Shown: positions 10,697-21,632, counted from the stretch's first letter. The stretch: DNA of 64,000 bases from Promethearchaeota archaeon (GCA_016840085.1 JAEOTA010000006.1:19639-83638); one strand, 5' to 3'. The notes: generated by a model from the letters alone, not told the origin. Translations and numbers: made by a program.

Positions 10697-11326
10697 ATGC
10701 CTTCGAGATTTCGCTTAAGATATATCTTTAGACCATTAATAAAACTGATAGCAAAAGGTTTAATCCGAATTGGAGTTACACCAAACATAGCCACTATTAT
10801 TATGCTTGGTTTTTCAATCTTAAGTTTTGCGTCTTTATTGATTTTTCGAAATCTTTTATTCTTCTCTATTTTTGTGTTTATTACAGGAATTATGGATGGT
10901 TGTGATGGAGCGATTGCTCGATTAACTAACAAGTCAACAAAATTTGGTGGGTTTTTTGATTCTTTTATGGATAGAATATCTGAATTTATTATTTTCTTTG
11001 GTCTATTTATTTTTAACTTTAATGAATTTCTATGGGATTTTATTGATATGAATTTGGTTATATTCATATCTTTTTTGATTTCAATTATGATCAGCTATAG
11101 TAGAGCAAGAGCAGAAGTATTTTTCAAAGGAGATTTTGATGTAGGACTAATGGCTAGATCTGAAAGATTATTTTACATATTTATTACAATGATTTTAGCA
11201 TTTTTTTATGGATTCATGAATGAATTTTTATTTATTTATATGTGGCTTGTTATCGGGACTTTTATTTTTAGAACGATAAAAATATATTACAAAATAAAAC
11301 AGACAGAACAGCAAATAAATGAGTAA
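10697..11326 (+). CDS. CDP-alcohol phosphatidyltransferase (archaetidylinositol phosphate synthase-like)
   Basis: DGCDGAIAR...FGGFFDSFMDR signature; SYSRARAE; GLMARSER. Confidence 0.9.
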   Translation: MPSRFRLRYIFRPLIKLIAKGLIRIGVTPNIATIIMLGFSILSFASLLIFRNLLFFSIFVFITGIMDGCDGAIARLTNKSTKFGGFFDSFMDRISEFIIFFGLFIFNFNEFLWDFIDMNLVIFISFLISIMISYSRARAEVFFKGDFDVGLMARSERLFYIFITMILAFFYGFMNEFLFIYMWLVIGTFIFRTIKIYYKIKQTEQQINE

Positions 11327-11330
11327 AATC

Positions 11331-12074
11331 TTATCTTAATTCTATTCTTAGTCTATCCCCATCTCTTAATTTTAATACTTCTCTTAAGTAAGGTTCTGCT
11401 AAAATTTCAACAATATTTTTTTTATGATGAGTTCTTTTAATTCTTAAAATAGCAGCGTTTATTTTATTTTCTTGATTATCTAAACGAGACACATTGCATT
11501 CAAAACAATCTACTGAACCATATGTACGACCTAATTTTTTATCTTCAAATCCATCAATTCTAACAGGAATTCGAGTTTTTAAATTCTCTTCTAATAATTC
11601 TTTATTAAGATCACTAAATTGTAGATTTAACGTTCCAAAATAAGGAATATATCCAAGCTTTTTCTGAAATTGTTCTAAATAACCAAGTATTCTAACATAA
11701 TAACCTCCTTCACCCATTCCCTCAGTAACTTCACCAACTATTAAAATCTCTTCAAGTATTTGTTTTAAATTCTTATACATAACAAGCATACTATCAGCTC
11801 CCTTCTTTGTTATTCTTATTATTTGCTCTTTTCCTTCAACTTTTCTTTGAATCCAGCCAAGTTCTTCTAGGTTATTTATTCTTCTGGATGCGGTTTGTTG
11901 CGATAAATTTAATACTTTACCAAATTCAACACTACTGATATGAATTGCCTTCTGACTACCAATATTTAAGCAAAGATGATAAAGTGCAAACCAATTAGCA
12001 TAGTTTTCTGGAGATATATTTTCTTTATAGTCCATTTTAGCAACTTTTCGATTTATTTTCTTTATATTTTTCAA
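11331..12074 (-). CDS. ribK: Archaeal CTP-dependent riboflavin kinase with N-terminal wHTH
   Basis: SQQTASRR HTH; GMGEGGYY, PYFGTLN and EILAEPYLR motifs. Confidence 0.9.
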   Translation of the reverse strand: MKNIKKINRKVAKMDYKENISPENYANWFALYHLCLNIGSQKAIHISSVEFGKVLNLSQQTASRRINNLEELGWIQRKVEGKEQIIRITKKGADSMLVMYKNLKQILEEILIVGEVTEGMGEGGYYVRILGYLEQFQKKLGYIPYFGTLNLQFSDLNKELLEENLKTRIPVRIDGFEDKKLGRTYGSVDCFECNVSRLDNQENKINAAILRIKRTHHKKNIVEILAEPYLREVLKLRDGDRLRIELR

Positions 12075-12501
12075 TAATTTTCTGTTTTATTAAACTTGAG
12101 CTATTTAATTCATATTTATCATAATAAGTTTCGAGTCTTCTTACTTCTATATGATTAAGCCCTTTTTCTTTAAGCCCTTTTTTTAATATATTTATACTAT
12201 ATTTTTGATCTGGTCCTAATAATATAATATCCGGATTTATTTCTTCTACAGTTGTGAGAGTATCATTGTCACTCCTTCCTAGTCTTGCTTCTTTTACGTG
12301 TTTAATATTCTTAACGACTTCCAGTCGTTGGTCTTGAGGAATAATTGGAGATATACCTGAATATAATTTCCTATTTTTATCAGTAGCTATAATTACATAA
12401 ACATCTCCTAATTTTGCAGCTTCATTGATTAGGTAGATATGCCCTGGGTGCACCAAATCGAAGGTTCCTGCAATTAATACCTTTTTCGCTATTTTATTCA
12501 A
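12037..12501 (-). CDS. ribL: Archaeal FAD synthetase
   Basis: GTFDLVHPGH, PDIILLGPDQ and SSSLIK; adjacent to ribK. Confidence 0.85.
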   Translation of the reverse strand: MNKIAKKVLIAGTFDLVHPGHIYLINEAAKLGDVYVIIATDKNRKLYSGISPIIPQDQRLEVVKNIKHVKEARLGRSDNDTLTTVEEINPDIILLGPDQKYSINILKKGLKEKGLNHIEVRRLETYYDKYELNSSSLIKQKIIEKYKENKSKSC

Positions 12502-12573
12502 CCCATTTCATATTGAAGTTATTTTATACTTATCAAAAGTTCAAAGATTTAACAAAAATACATTAATTGAACA

Positions 12574-13185
12574 TTATCTTTCATTTTCAAAACATTGCTT
12601 TAAATCGTTCATTTGAATAGCAAGTGATATATCTCCCCTTGTTTTTTCAATGATATTTCTTGCTACGTCAACCTTACGTCTTAGATCTTGAGTAATTCCA
12701 CTAGGATAATCGATAGAAAATAAATATGTATAAATTTCGTCCATACTTTCTAAAATATAATTTAAATCTTGAGTTTGAGAATTTCTGATATTATCTAACG
12801 CGTATCTTCTTAATTCTCCTATGACATCTGCTAATCCTAATGCAAAATTAATAGGATTAACTTTTATCTCTGAAGGGGGTGGAATTTCTTTTTTACTAAT
12901 AATTGAATGAAAAACAATTAATTCTGTAAACTCTTGTTCAGGAGTTTTTAAATATTTGGAAAATATATCAGGATTCTTGTTAACTAATTTGACTAAATTT
13001 TGAAGATTAGTTTTAATAGTATTATTTTTATCTTGAAGCATTCTAAATTCTTTTCTATGAATATGTTTAATACTTATACTACAATCTCGAATAATATTTC
13101 GGGATAATTGTAAAATTTTTTCTCGATCATTATATAAAATGTCAAATAAATTAGATATTTCTGAAAAAGCTTTTTTAAGATTCAT
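12574..13185 (-). CDS. Translin/Trax family protein
   Basis: QEFTE, LGLADVIGELRR and LRRKVDVAR motifs. Confidence 0.85.
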   Translation of the reverse strand: MNLKKAFSEISNLFDILYNDREKILQLSRNIIRDCSISIKHIHRKEFRMLQDKNNTIKTNLQNLVKLVNKNPDIFSKYLKTPEQEFTELIVFHSIISKKEIPPPSEIKVNPINFALGLADVIGELRRYALDNIRNSQTQDLNYILESMDEIYTYLFSIDYPSGITQDLRRKVDVARNIIEKTRGDISLAIQMNDLKQCFENER

Positions 13186-13318
13186 TATTATTCAGATAAA
13201 TATTGGTAAAAATTAATTTGAATTCAGTATATCAATATATAATTATATATCAAAAGTAAGAAAAATATTTAGAATTTATTATAAGGAATTAATAAATAAA
13301 TAAATACTAAGATCTGAT

Positions 13319-15379
13319 ATGAAAATCTTATTAATCCACTCACAGAATGTAGAAGTAATTAAAAATAAAGAAGCAACCAGCAATCCTCAAGAGTTTGCAG
13401 AAGATTTTATTAAGATGGAAGGTCTTATTTTGGTGTGTTATATATCTGTTGAAGATCAAGATACATACGATATTAATTTGATTGCAAAACAGGGTGCTGA
13501 AGAAATTGAAGCAGCAATATTACAAATTACTGGTTTTCCTGAGCAATTAAGACAAAAAAATGAAGAGATAAGAAAATTTAATAAAAAAGTTGAAAAAGGA
13601 GAAATTAAAGGAAAAACTAGAAAATTATTAGAACTAATTATGGATAGAGACATGTATCGTGTGGATAAAGTTTTAGTTTATCCATGGGCACATCTAAGTA
13701 AATTTCTTAGTAAAGAGGCAAATGCTATGGAAGTTTGCCCAAAAATTGCTGAGAATTTAAGGGAGAAAGGCATAGAAGCAAAATTTTCTCCTTTTGGATG
13801 GTATAAATCGTTTAAAATTAATTGTTTAGGTCATGAATTAGCTGAGATGTATAGAGATGTTAAACTAGCAATTAAACCTGAGGAGCAGGTTAAAAATTCC
13901 GCATTTAAAGTAATTACAACCTCGGGAAAAGAAATTGATTTAAATTTTGATGAAGATCAAAATATAGTCCCCCCCAAGGAGATTAAAGACGAAGATTTTC
14001 ATTTATTCCTAAATTCTGAATTAGGTTCAAGATTAATAAATAAAGCAATGGAACCAGCTCATATAAAAGTGATGAAGGAGTTTGAATTAGTGGATTTTGA
14101 TCCTAATACCGATGCAGGGAATTTTAGGTGGTATACAAAAGGAATCATTATGAAAAATCTAATAAAGAATTTTATAGAAGATAGATTAATAGATTATGGG
14201 GCGATTCTTCTTGATACACCTGTTATGTATACCGTAAAAAATAAGAAATTGACAGCTCAAACTGCTCGGTTTCCAGCAAGGAGCTATTGGGTTGAATCTG
14301 GTAGAGATAGATATCTCTTGAGATATGCTTGTGATTTTCTTCTATTCGATTTATTTTCCCAAATGAATTTAAAACCACAATATCTTCCTTTAAGAGCATA
14401 TGAATATGAACAATACGCATTTAGACGTGAGTTAGAAGGTGAATTAAGCGGTTTAAGAAGATTAAGAGCGTTTATAATGCCAGATATGCATACGATGTGT
14501 AAAAATTTAGAATCTTCCATTGATGAGTTTAAAAAGCAATATGAATTAATTAAAAGTCTGGAAAAAGATTTAGGGATAAAAACTTATGTTATATTTAGAG
14601 TTACACAGGATTTTTATAAGGAAAATAAGGAGTGGATCGTTGATTTAATCAAGTCAGAAAAACATCCTGCATTAGTAGAATTATGGGAAGATAGATATTA
14701 TTATTATATATTAAAACTTGAAAGAAATGTGCTTTCTGCTCAAAACCGAAGTGCGACTTTAGCTACTAATCAGATAGATGTAGAGAGTTCCTTAGAATAT
14801 ATGGTTGATAATGATGGTGTAAGAAGGCAGAAATATAATATTTCTTTCATAGACACCGATGGCAAGTTGAAACATCCAATAATTCTTCATAACTCTCCAA
14901 CTGGTGCTATAGAAAGAGTTTTATGGGGTTTAATTGAATCGGCTATTCGAAATAAGGAAAAAATAGTACCTGGATTTAAAACGTGGTTATCCCCTATACA
15001 AGTCCGAATAATAACCGTGGGTGACGAGCAGAACGATTACGCTGAAAAATTGCTTAATATCATCAATGGAGAGGATTTTAGAGCGGATTTTGATGATCGA
15101 GAAGAAACGGTTGGAAAAAAAATAAGACAAGCAGAAATTGAATGGATTCCATATGTAATTATTCTTGGTAAAAAAGAACAAGAGAATCAAACAATTTCTA
15201 TAAGAAAGAGATTGATAGGTAAACCTTTTGGTCCAAAAAAACAGACTTCTAAACAAGTTAATGATGTGAAATTAGATACATTATTTGAAATGCTTGAAGA
15301 AGATACAGGAAACTTCCCAAAATATAAATTGCCAATACCATTTAGAAGGTTCTCAATGAGAATATATTTTAGAAAGTAG
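13319..15379 (+). CDS. thrS: Threonine--tRNA ligase, archaeal type
   Basis: Archaeal editing domain (YPWAHLS, PFGWYKSF, GHELAE); FRRE, MPDMH; anticodon domain. Confidence 0.97.
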   Translation: MKILLIHSQNVEVIKNKEATSNPQEFAEDFIKMEGLILVCYISVEDQDTYDINLIAKQGAEEIEAAILQITGFPEQLRQKNEEIRKFNKKVEKGEIKGKTRKLLELIMDRDMYRVDKVLVYPWAHLSKFLSKEANAMEVCPKIAENLREKGIEAKFSPFGWYKSFKINCLGHELAEMYRDVKLAIKPEEQVKNSAFKVITTSGKEIDLNFDEDQNIVPPKEIKDEDFHLFLNSELGSRLINKAMEPAHIKVMKEFELVDFDPNTDAGNFRWYTKGIIMKNLIKNFIEDRLIDYGAILLDTPVMYTVKNKKLTAQTARFPARSYWVESGRDRYLLRYACDFLLFDLFSQMNLKPQYLPLRAYEYEQYAFRRELEGELSGLRRLRAFIMPDMHTMCKNLESSIDEFKKQYELIKSLEKDLGIKTYVIFRVTQDFYKENKEWIVDLIKSEKHPALVELWEDRYYYYILKLERNVLSAQNRSATLATNQIDVESSLEYMVDNDGVRRQKYNISFIDTDGKLKHPIILHNSPTGAIERVLWGLIESAIRNKEKIVPGFKTWLSPIQVRIITVGDEQNDYAEKLLNIINGEDFRADFDDREETVGKKIRQAEIEWIPYVIILGKKEQENQTISIRKRLIGKPFGPKKQTSKQVNDVKLDTLFEMLEEDTGNFPKYKLPIPFRRFSMRIYFRK

Positions 15380-15394
15380 TTTTTTTTAAAACTT

Positions 15395-16018
15395 ATGACA
15401 ATAAAAGCATTAATGTTTGATTTAGGTGGAGTCATTGTAGATTTAGATTTTTCAAATTTTTATAATAGAATAATAACTCAATCTCCCTTGAACAAACCTC
15501 AAACACCAATTATTCTGGAATTTTTCCGTCAATCAGACATCTATCATCAGGGATTAATGCGTGATGAGGAATTCTACCAATTGGCGTGCGATTTACTGCA
15601 AGTATGTGAATTAGCTCAAAATGATTTTTTTGACGCATTTAATAGTATTATTTCAGGAATTAATCATAAAAGTATTGAATTGGTAAAAAAATTGAAAAAT
15701 GCAAACCAATATAAGCTTATTGCCTTATCAAACGTAAATTCGAGCCATTGGGAATATCTTTTAAGTAAGAAGTGGGATTTTCTGGAATGTTTTGATGAGA
15801 TAATTTTATCCCATGAGGTTCATATGACTAAACCTGATGAAGAGATATTTCAATATGCTATACAAAAAGCTGGTTGTAAGCCAGAAGAAATTGTTTTTAT
15901 CGATGATGGGTTAAATAATATCCGATCTGCTCGAGAATTAGGAATTTTAGGTATTAAATTTACAAATAATGAAGAATTAATTAATGAGCTCAAAAAACTG
16001 AGCGTCGAGATAAAATAA
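15395..16018 (+). CDS. HAD-superfamily phosphatase
   Basis: FDLGGV, LSN, KPD and FIDD motifs. Confidence 0.9.
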   Translation: MTIKALMFDLGGVIVDLDFSNFYNRIITQSPLNKPQTPIILEFFRQSDIYHQGLMRDEEFYQLACDLLQVCELAQNDFFDAFNSIISGINHKSIELVKKLKNANQYKLIALSNVNSSHWEYLLSKKWDFLECFDEIILSHEVHMTKPDEEIFQYAIQKAGCKPEEIVFIDDGLNNIRSARELGILGIKFTNNEELINELKKLSVEIK

Positions 16019-16035
16019 GATAAAACTAACGGAAT

Positions 16036-16566
16036 TTATAATTCTCCTACTTCTTCAAGGCAAGCTTTAGCGATTAATTCAAAAACACCTTCCACATTTT
16101 CTCCTGTTTTTGCTGATGTTTCCATATATTCACAATTTAATCGTTTAGCTAAATCTTCTGCCTCTTCTCTATCAATATCTCTCTCTAAATCGGCTTTATT
16201 TCCAATTAATATCATTGGAATGGTTCTTTTTACCGATTTTTTGATAGAACTAATCCATCCAGGAATCTTTAAAAGAGTTTGATTAGATGATAAATCAAAA
16301 ACACCAAGAGCACCATTACTGCCTTTAAAATAAATAGTTCTAAGTTTGTGGAATTGGGGCTGTCCTCCAATATCCCAAAGGAGGAGACGAACACCTTTTC
16401 CACCTATTTCTACATCTTTAATTAAAAAATTACTCCCTATAGTCTTCTTTAAATCATCACTAAAATAATCTTTAATATAACGCAATAAAAGGCTTGTTTT
16501 GCCTACGCCTCCGGGTCCAAAAAGCGTTATCTTAAATTTAAATTCTCCTTGTCCGGACATATTCAA
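16036..16566 (-). CDS. Rab-like small GTPase
   Basis: GPGGVGKT, TIG, WDIGGQ, NKAD and TSAK motifs. Confidence 0.93.
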   Translation of the reverse strand: MNMSGQGEFKFKITLFGPGGVGKTSLLLRYIKDYFSDDLKKTIGSNFLIKDVEIGGKGVRLLLWDIGGQPQFHKLRTIYFKGSNGALGVFDLSSNQTLLKIPGWISSIKKSVKRTIPMILIGNKADLERDIDREEAEDLAKRLNCEYMETSAKTGENVEGVFELIAKACLEEVGEL

Positions 16567-16791
16567 ACTCCTTATATTAAATTAATATTAGTTATATTAT
16601 ATTATATTTTTTATCTAATTTATGAAGCATTATTTAATATAATCTTAAGGGATTTAGTAATAATAAATTCACAAGTTAATATTTCTTATTATTCTTTAAA
16701 GATATTTATATATTTACAATTAGATAAGTATTTCTAAATTGTTTAATATAAAATTGGGAATTTATTAATAATCTTCAAAAAGAAGTTTGTT

Positions 16792-18069
16792 TCAAGATTT
16801 TTTCTTCTTTTTCCCAGCACTTCCCAGTTTGCCCATAATCCATTCAGGTGTTCCAACACCATTAAAATACTCTGTCCAAATATACATAAGTAACCCTAAA
16901 AATCCACAATAACCAGCAAAAACGATTGGCAAAAAGATAATAGAAAACTGACTTCCATATAGTGGAAGGAATAAATATTGAATTAAGAAAAGAGAGAGAC
17001 TTGTTTTTCCATAAAAATTAACCATTTTAATGACATCATTAGATTTTTTTTTAATATCAATAAAGTAAAAGCATACTGCGATAAGTAAGAATCCAACTCC
17101 GAGATTATAGAACATGTTTTGGGCGGTACATCTTATCATATACACTGGCATTCCTGGAAAATAGGAATAATCTTGTTGATTAGCTATTCGCAATAAATCA
17201 ATATGCAAATATTCTGATTCTACAATAAATCCAGGTGCTGAGTGATATGGAGGAGGAGCAGGATTTAAGAATGCCCATCCAGGTTCCCAAATATCAAAAG
17301 CTACGCCCCTCGGAACAATAATAAATAAACCAATTAATACTAATGCAATTCCATAATAAGTAAAGATTCGAAATAACCTATAATAAGCCTCTTTCGTCCC
17401 TTTTATCATTGCCTCGTAAATATATTCACCAAATATTGTAGATATAAAACATACTGATAGGTATGGTAAAATTGGTACTTGAGGGAGAGGAGATGTTATA
17501 ATGAAATGTAAGATTAGAACAACTACATTAGCATCCTTAAATTCATAGAGGATTTCTCGAATCCAAGGAGAAAAGTAAATAATAATCGCGCCAATCACTG
17601 CGCGTGATAACTTACTAAATTTTAGTACATAGTATGAGAAAATCTGAGAGAATCCAATAAACATTAGGATGTTCCAACCCCATAAATTAGCAGGGAAAGG
17701 AACAGCTACGCCTGATGAGTACAACGACATTGGATTGAAAAGCACACCTATAACTATGATCACTACTCCTCTTATTAAGATCCCATTGCGAATTACTTTT
17801 TCAGGTAATACTCCCTTTTTTCTTTTAACACTGAAAATTACACTAAGAGCCGAAAGAAACACAAATAGCGAAGGACCGAGAACGTCCAAAAATGCAAAAA
17901 CAAGTCCATATATATACCTCCAATCTTTATCAAGCCAGCTGAGAGCAGAATGAGCTAAGATTATAAAGACCATAGCAAGCCCTTTTACAAAATCTATTGA
18001 AGCAATTCGCTTCGATGCTAAATTATTATTGAATTCGGCAGTTGATACTTCTTCAGTAGATATCGACAT
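16792..18069 (-). CDS. DUF1624/HGSNAT-like membrane acyltransferase
   Basis: RIASIDFVKGLAMVFIILAH; polytopic; GKTSLSLF. Confidence 0.8.
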   Translation of the reverse strand: MSISTEEVSTAEFNNNLASKRIASIDFVKGLAMVFIILAHSALSWLDKDWRYIYGLVFAFLDVLGPSLFVFLSALSVIFSVKRKKGVLPEKVIRNGILIRGVVIIVIGVLFNPMSLYSSGVAVPFPANLWGWNILMFIGFSQIFSYYVLKFSKLSRAVIGAIIIYFSPWIREILYEFKDANVVVLILHFIITSPLPQVPILPYLSVCFISTIFGEYIYEAMIKGTKEAYYRLFRIFTYYGIALVLIGLFIIVPRGVAFDIWEPGWAFLNPAPPPYHSAPGFIVESEYLHIDLLRIANQQDYSYFPGMPVYMIRCTAQNMFYNLGVGFLLIAVCFYFIDIKKKSNDVIKMVNFYGKTSLSLFLIQYLFLPLYGSQFSIIFLPIVFAGYCGFLGLLMYIWTEYFNGVGTPEWIMGKLGSAGKKKKKS

Positions 18070-18253
18070 TCTTGATAATACACCAATTAATTATAGAATA
18101 AGGAAAAATCGACTTTCCTAAATAAAATTTTTTTTATATTTTAATTAAATTTAAACTAAAAAAACCTTTTTGTTATGAGTATTGATATTTAATCTCTGAG
18201 AAACTTTTAGTGCGAGTTCTTTTAAAAATAGGATAATAATCCCTATCTAAATT

Positions 18254-19540
18254 TTATTTTACATGATTTATGTTATAAATAAGTAAAGAATAGTATAATA
18301 AAATCAATAATATTAATCCTCCTATATTAAAAGGAAAAATTTCATATGTTAGATAAAAGATAATCCAAAATATTAATATTAAAAAAGAAATGAGATAGTA
18401 AATATATTTAAAAAAAATATAGAGTTCAAAATCTTTTTCTAATAGTATAAAAAGGACTAAAAAAGGAGCCAATACAACTATATGATGAGGCCATGAGTCA
18501 AAATATACAAGGAGCATGATAGTAATACCAGCAAAGTACCCATGAATCAACTTATTTTGCTGAGCTCTAGAAAATAAAAATAATAAATACAAAGGAAGTA
18601 AAAAAAGTAAGGTTATTATAATAAAAACTAAGAAATAATTGATATCCAATTCGAGCACTTGAAAAAGAATAAGAATAATTCTCGTAAGGCTAAAAGAAGG
18701 ATTGATCTCCAAGCCTCCTCCAATATTATATGTATATTCTCCTGTGAGATTAACTTCAATGAAATCTCCTATCATTTTAGGATGAAATATAAAAAATAAT
18801 CCTGATAAAATAATTAGGAAAATAGACCCAAACAGTCTTAAAATCGTTCTTTTAAATTGAAATACCATTTTTTTAACTTTTACATCGTAATTTAAGAATA
18901 TTATAAAAGGTAAAAGAAGTGCTAAAGATGGTTTGAATAAAATTCCTAAACCAAGTGAGATTCCTCCAAGAAAGTCAAATTTAACACTATCTTTCAAGAA
19001 GAAAAAAAGCGAAGTAAGAATAAAAAAAGACACTAAAACATTGATTTGACCTAAAAAATAGTTCATAAATTGAGGAAGCATTATTAAAAAAATACCAAGG
19101 TGATGAAGTATAGATTCATTATCTGGATCATAGAATATGTCTTTTAAGTTATTCACTTTATAACTAATATTCAACTTCCTGTTCGTATTCATATGAATTT
19201 GAATAATTTTATAAATCAAATAGATAGTAATGAGATTTAACGCAAAATTAAATATTTGAAATACAAAAAAACCTAATTTTAATCCTAATAACGAAAAAGG
19301 AGTAAAAAAGTAGGCAGAAATTGGAAAATATCTAAATGGAAAGAGATAGAGAGATGAATTATATAAATTGGGTAAATCATTAATTATGGTCAAACCTGCA
19401 TTGTAAAAAGTCAAATAATCAGTATTACTGCTACTCATCAGTGGACTTTTTAAAAAAAAGAAAAAAATGAAAGTTATTACTAAAAATAAAGCATTTATTA
19501 CCACAGCAAATAAAAAAAAAATTTGTGTCTTATTCATCAA
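18254..19540 (-). CDS. GT-C glycosyltransferase, family 87 (DUF2029)-like
   Basis: DYLTFYNAG, FRYFP, GQIN, FKP and WPHH motifs; polytopic. Confidence 0.8.
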   Translation of the reverse strand: MMNKTQIFFLFAVVINALFLVITFIFFFFLKSPLMSSSNTDYLTFYNAGLTIINDLPNLYNSSLYLFPFRYFPISAYFFTPFSLLGLKLGFFVFQIFNFALNLITIYLIYKIIQIHMNTNRKLNISYKVNNLKDIFYDPDNESILHHLGIFLIMLPQFMNYFLGQINVLVSFFILTSLFFFLKDSVKFDFLGGISLGLGILFKPSLALLLPFIIFLNYDVKVKKMVFQFKRTILRLFGSIFLIILSGLFFIFHPKMIGDFIEVNLTGEYTYNIGGGLEINPSFSLTRIILILFQVLELDINYFLVFIIITLLFLLPLYLLFLFSRAQQNKLIHGYFAGITIMLLVYFDSWPHHIVVLAPFLVLFILLEKDFELYIFFKYIYYLISFLILIFWIIFYLTYEIFPFNIGGLILLILLYYSLLIYNINHVK

Positions 19541-19655
19541 TTATCTTCAAATCTATTAAATTATGAGTGGAAACATCTTCTTTTAATTAGATGTTTAATC
19601 ATTATTATAAATTAAAAAATGTTAAGAATTTATATTTTTCGTCAATCTCCTTGAT

Positions 19656-21077
19656 TTAATTCACATTTTCTTCTTTTCTTGTATCATCTTTCGAGAGTTT
19701 TTTCATGAAATCCTCCATCTTCTTTACTTTTTCTCGTTTTTTAATCTTTGCATACACCTTTTTAGATGTTTTCTTGACAGCTTCACCTGATTTTTGTCCA
19801 ATTCTTCCTAACTGAACCATTAGCCATTCAGGAGAGCCAACACCCTTAAAATTCTCCATCCAAACCCACATAAGAATGCCTAGAAAACCAACGTAGCAAA
19901 AAACAATAATCAAAAAGAGAGAAACACTGAATTGATCAAAGAAGATTGGAAGAAATAGGAAATGAATTAGGAATAAACTAAGGGAAACTTTACCATAATA
20001 TATCAACATATTCGTGAAATCATTTGAGACATTCTTAATATCTATAAAGTAAAAGAATATTGAGATAACGAATAATGCAGCACCTTGATTATAAAACATA
20101 TTAGCACTTGTGCCCCGTATTAAGAAATTAGGCATTCCAGGGATTACAAAAAAATCCTGTTTATTTGCGATTTCTAATAAATCTAAATGTGGATATTCAG
20201 ATAATCCACCTACTACTGATTCAGGTGTTTGTAATGCCCAACCAGGTTGCCATTGTGTAAAATTTAGACCGTTAGGGAAAAAGGCAAAAATTCCAACCAA
20301 TATTAAAACTATTCCCCAAATAAAAAATATACGAAATAAACCCACGTAAGCGTCTTCAGTTCCTTTATTCATTGCTTCAAAGATGTATTCACCAAATATT
20401 GTAGACATGAAGCAAATCGACACCCATGGTAAAAGAGTTAAATGAGGTGTTGGAGATGTTATGATGTAGTGGAAAAAAATACATATTAAATTACCAGCAT
20501 CTTTACCTTCAAAAAGAAAAGCCCTAAGTATTGGAGAAAAAACAATTATTAAAATACCTATTAAAATACGTCTTGATTTCTTTAACTTTAAAATATAATA
20601 AGAAAAAATTTGAGAAAACCCAATGAATGTTATAATATTCCACCCAAAAACAATTACAATGATTTTTCCTGTTACTGGATCAATTCCCACTAAATTAGTC
20701 ATCATTCCTATTATGATCATTACAATTCCTCTTGTGAAAATACGGTTTCTAATAATCTTTTGAGGTAAAATTCCTTCTTTCCTTTTTATACTAAAGATAA
20801 CACTTAGAGCTGAAAGAAAAACAAATAATGATGGACCAAGAATATCTAATAGAGCAAATAGAAGTCCATATAGATATATAGAATCATTGTCAAGCCATGC
20901 TTGTGCTGTGTGGGCTAAAATTACAAAGATTATAGCAAAACCTTTTAAAAAATCTATTGATGATATGCGTTTAGGAGAGGCATAATCTTTAATATCCTCA
21001 AGAGGAATTTCTTGTTTTAGATAATTAAAGAGCGGAGGAGATTCAGTTTCTATTTCTATTTCAATTTCTGAAGTCAT
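19656..21077 (-). CDS. DUF1624/HGSNAT-like membrane acyltransferase, paralog of 16792-18069
   Basis: RISSIDFLKGFAIIFVILAH; shares LGPSLFVFLSALSVIFS and EYxHxDLLxIANxQD with the paralog. Confidence 0.8.
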   Translation of the reverse strand: MTSEIEIEIETESPPLFNYLKQEIPLEDIKDYASPKRISSIDFLKGFAIIFVILAHTAQAWLDNDSIYLYGLLFALLDILGPSLFVFLSALSVIFSIKRKEGILPQKIIRNRIFTRGIVMIIIGMMTNLVGIDPVTGKIIVIVFGWNIITFIGFSQIFSYYILKLKKSRRILIGILIIVFSPILRAFLFEGKDAGNLICIFFHYIITSPTPHLTLLPWVSICFMSTIFGEYIFEAMNKGTEDAYVGLFRIFFIWGIVLILVGIFAFFPNGLNFTQWQPGWALQTPESVVGGLSEYPHLDLLEIANKQDFFVIPGMPNFLIRGTSANMFYNQGAALFVISIFFYFIDIKNVSNDFTNMLIYYGKVSLSLFLIHFLFLPIFFDQFSVSLFLIIVFCYVGFLGILMWVWMENFKGVGSPEWLMVQLGRIGQKSGEAVKKTSKKVYAKIKKREKVKKMEDFMKKLSKDDTRKEENVN

Positions 21078-21212
21078 TTTATTTTCACTACTCTTTTTAA
21101 TTGGGAATTCAAGATCGAAGAAAGATTAATATTTTCAAAATTTATTTTAATAATATTCTTTTTCAATTTTTATAGTTTTTCAATATCATAGAAAAAAATA
21201 GATAGATATTCA

Positions 21213-21632
21213 ATGGAATTCAAAAATATTCTTAATAAAAACTTATTTGGGTTAATAGGATCAATTTTATTAATATTATCTGAATTTTTTCAATGGTTTT
21301 CAGAACAAAATCTTATTGAGCTATATATATTAACGACTTCCATTGAGATTGAAAATTCTTTTTTATTCCTATTTCCATTAATCAGTGGGATTATTTGTTT
21401 AGCAGCTAGTATTTTAATTATTTATAAAGTCGAATTCAAGATTAAATCAGTTATATTATCATTAGTAGGTTTAGGATTTCTAATAATATTCTTTTTTGAT
21501 TACTTTATTCAAGAGATACAATATCTCTATAATGCGGGTGCTGGTCTATATATGGGAATATCAGGATTTCTCTTAATTATAATTAATATAATAAATGTGT
21601 TAATTACTATAGATAATCAAGGGGGTACATAG
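21213..21632 (+). CDS. Small 4-TM membrane protein
   Basis: Four hydrophobic segments. Confidence 0.7.
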   Translation: MEFKNILNKNLFGLIGSILLILSEFFQWFSEQNLIELYILTTSIEIENSFLFLFPLISGIICLAASILIIYKVEFKIKSVILSLVGLGFLIIFFFDYFIQEIQYLYNAGAGLYMGISGFLLIIINIINVLITIDNQGGT

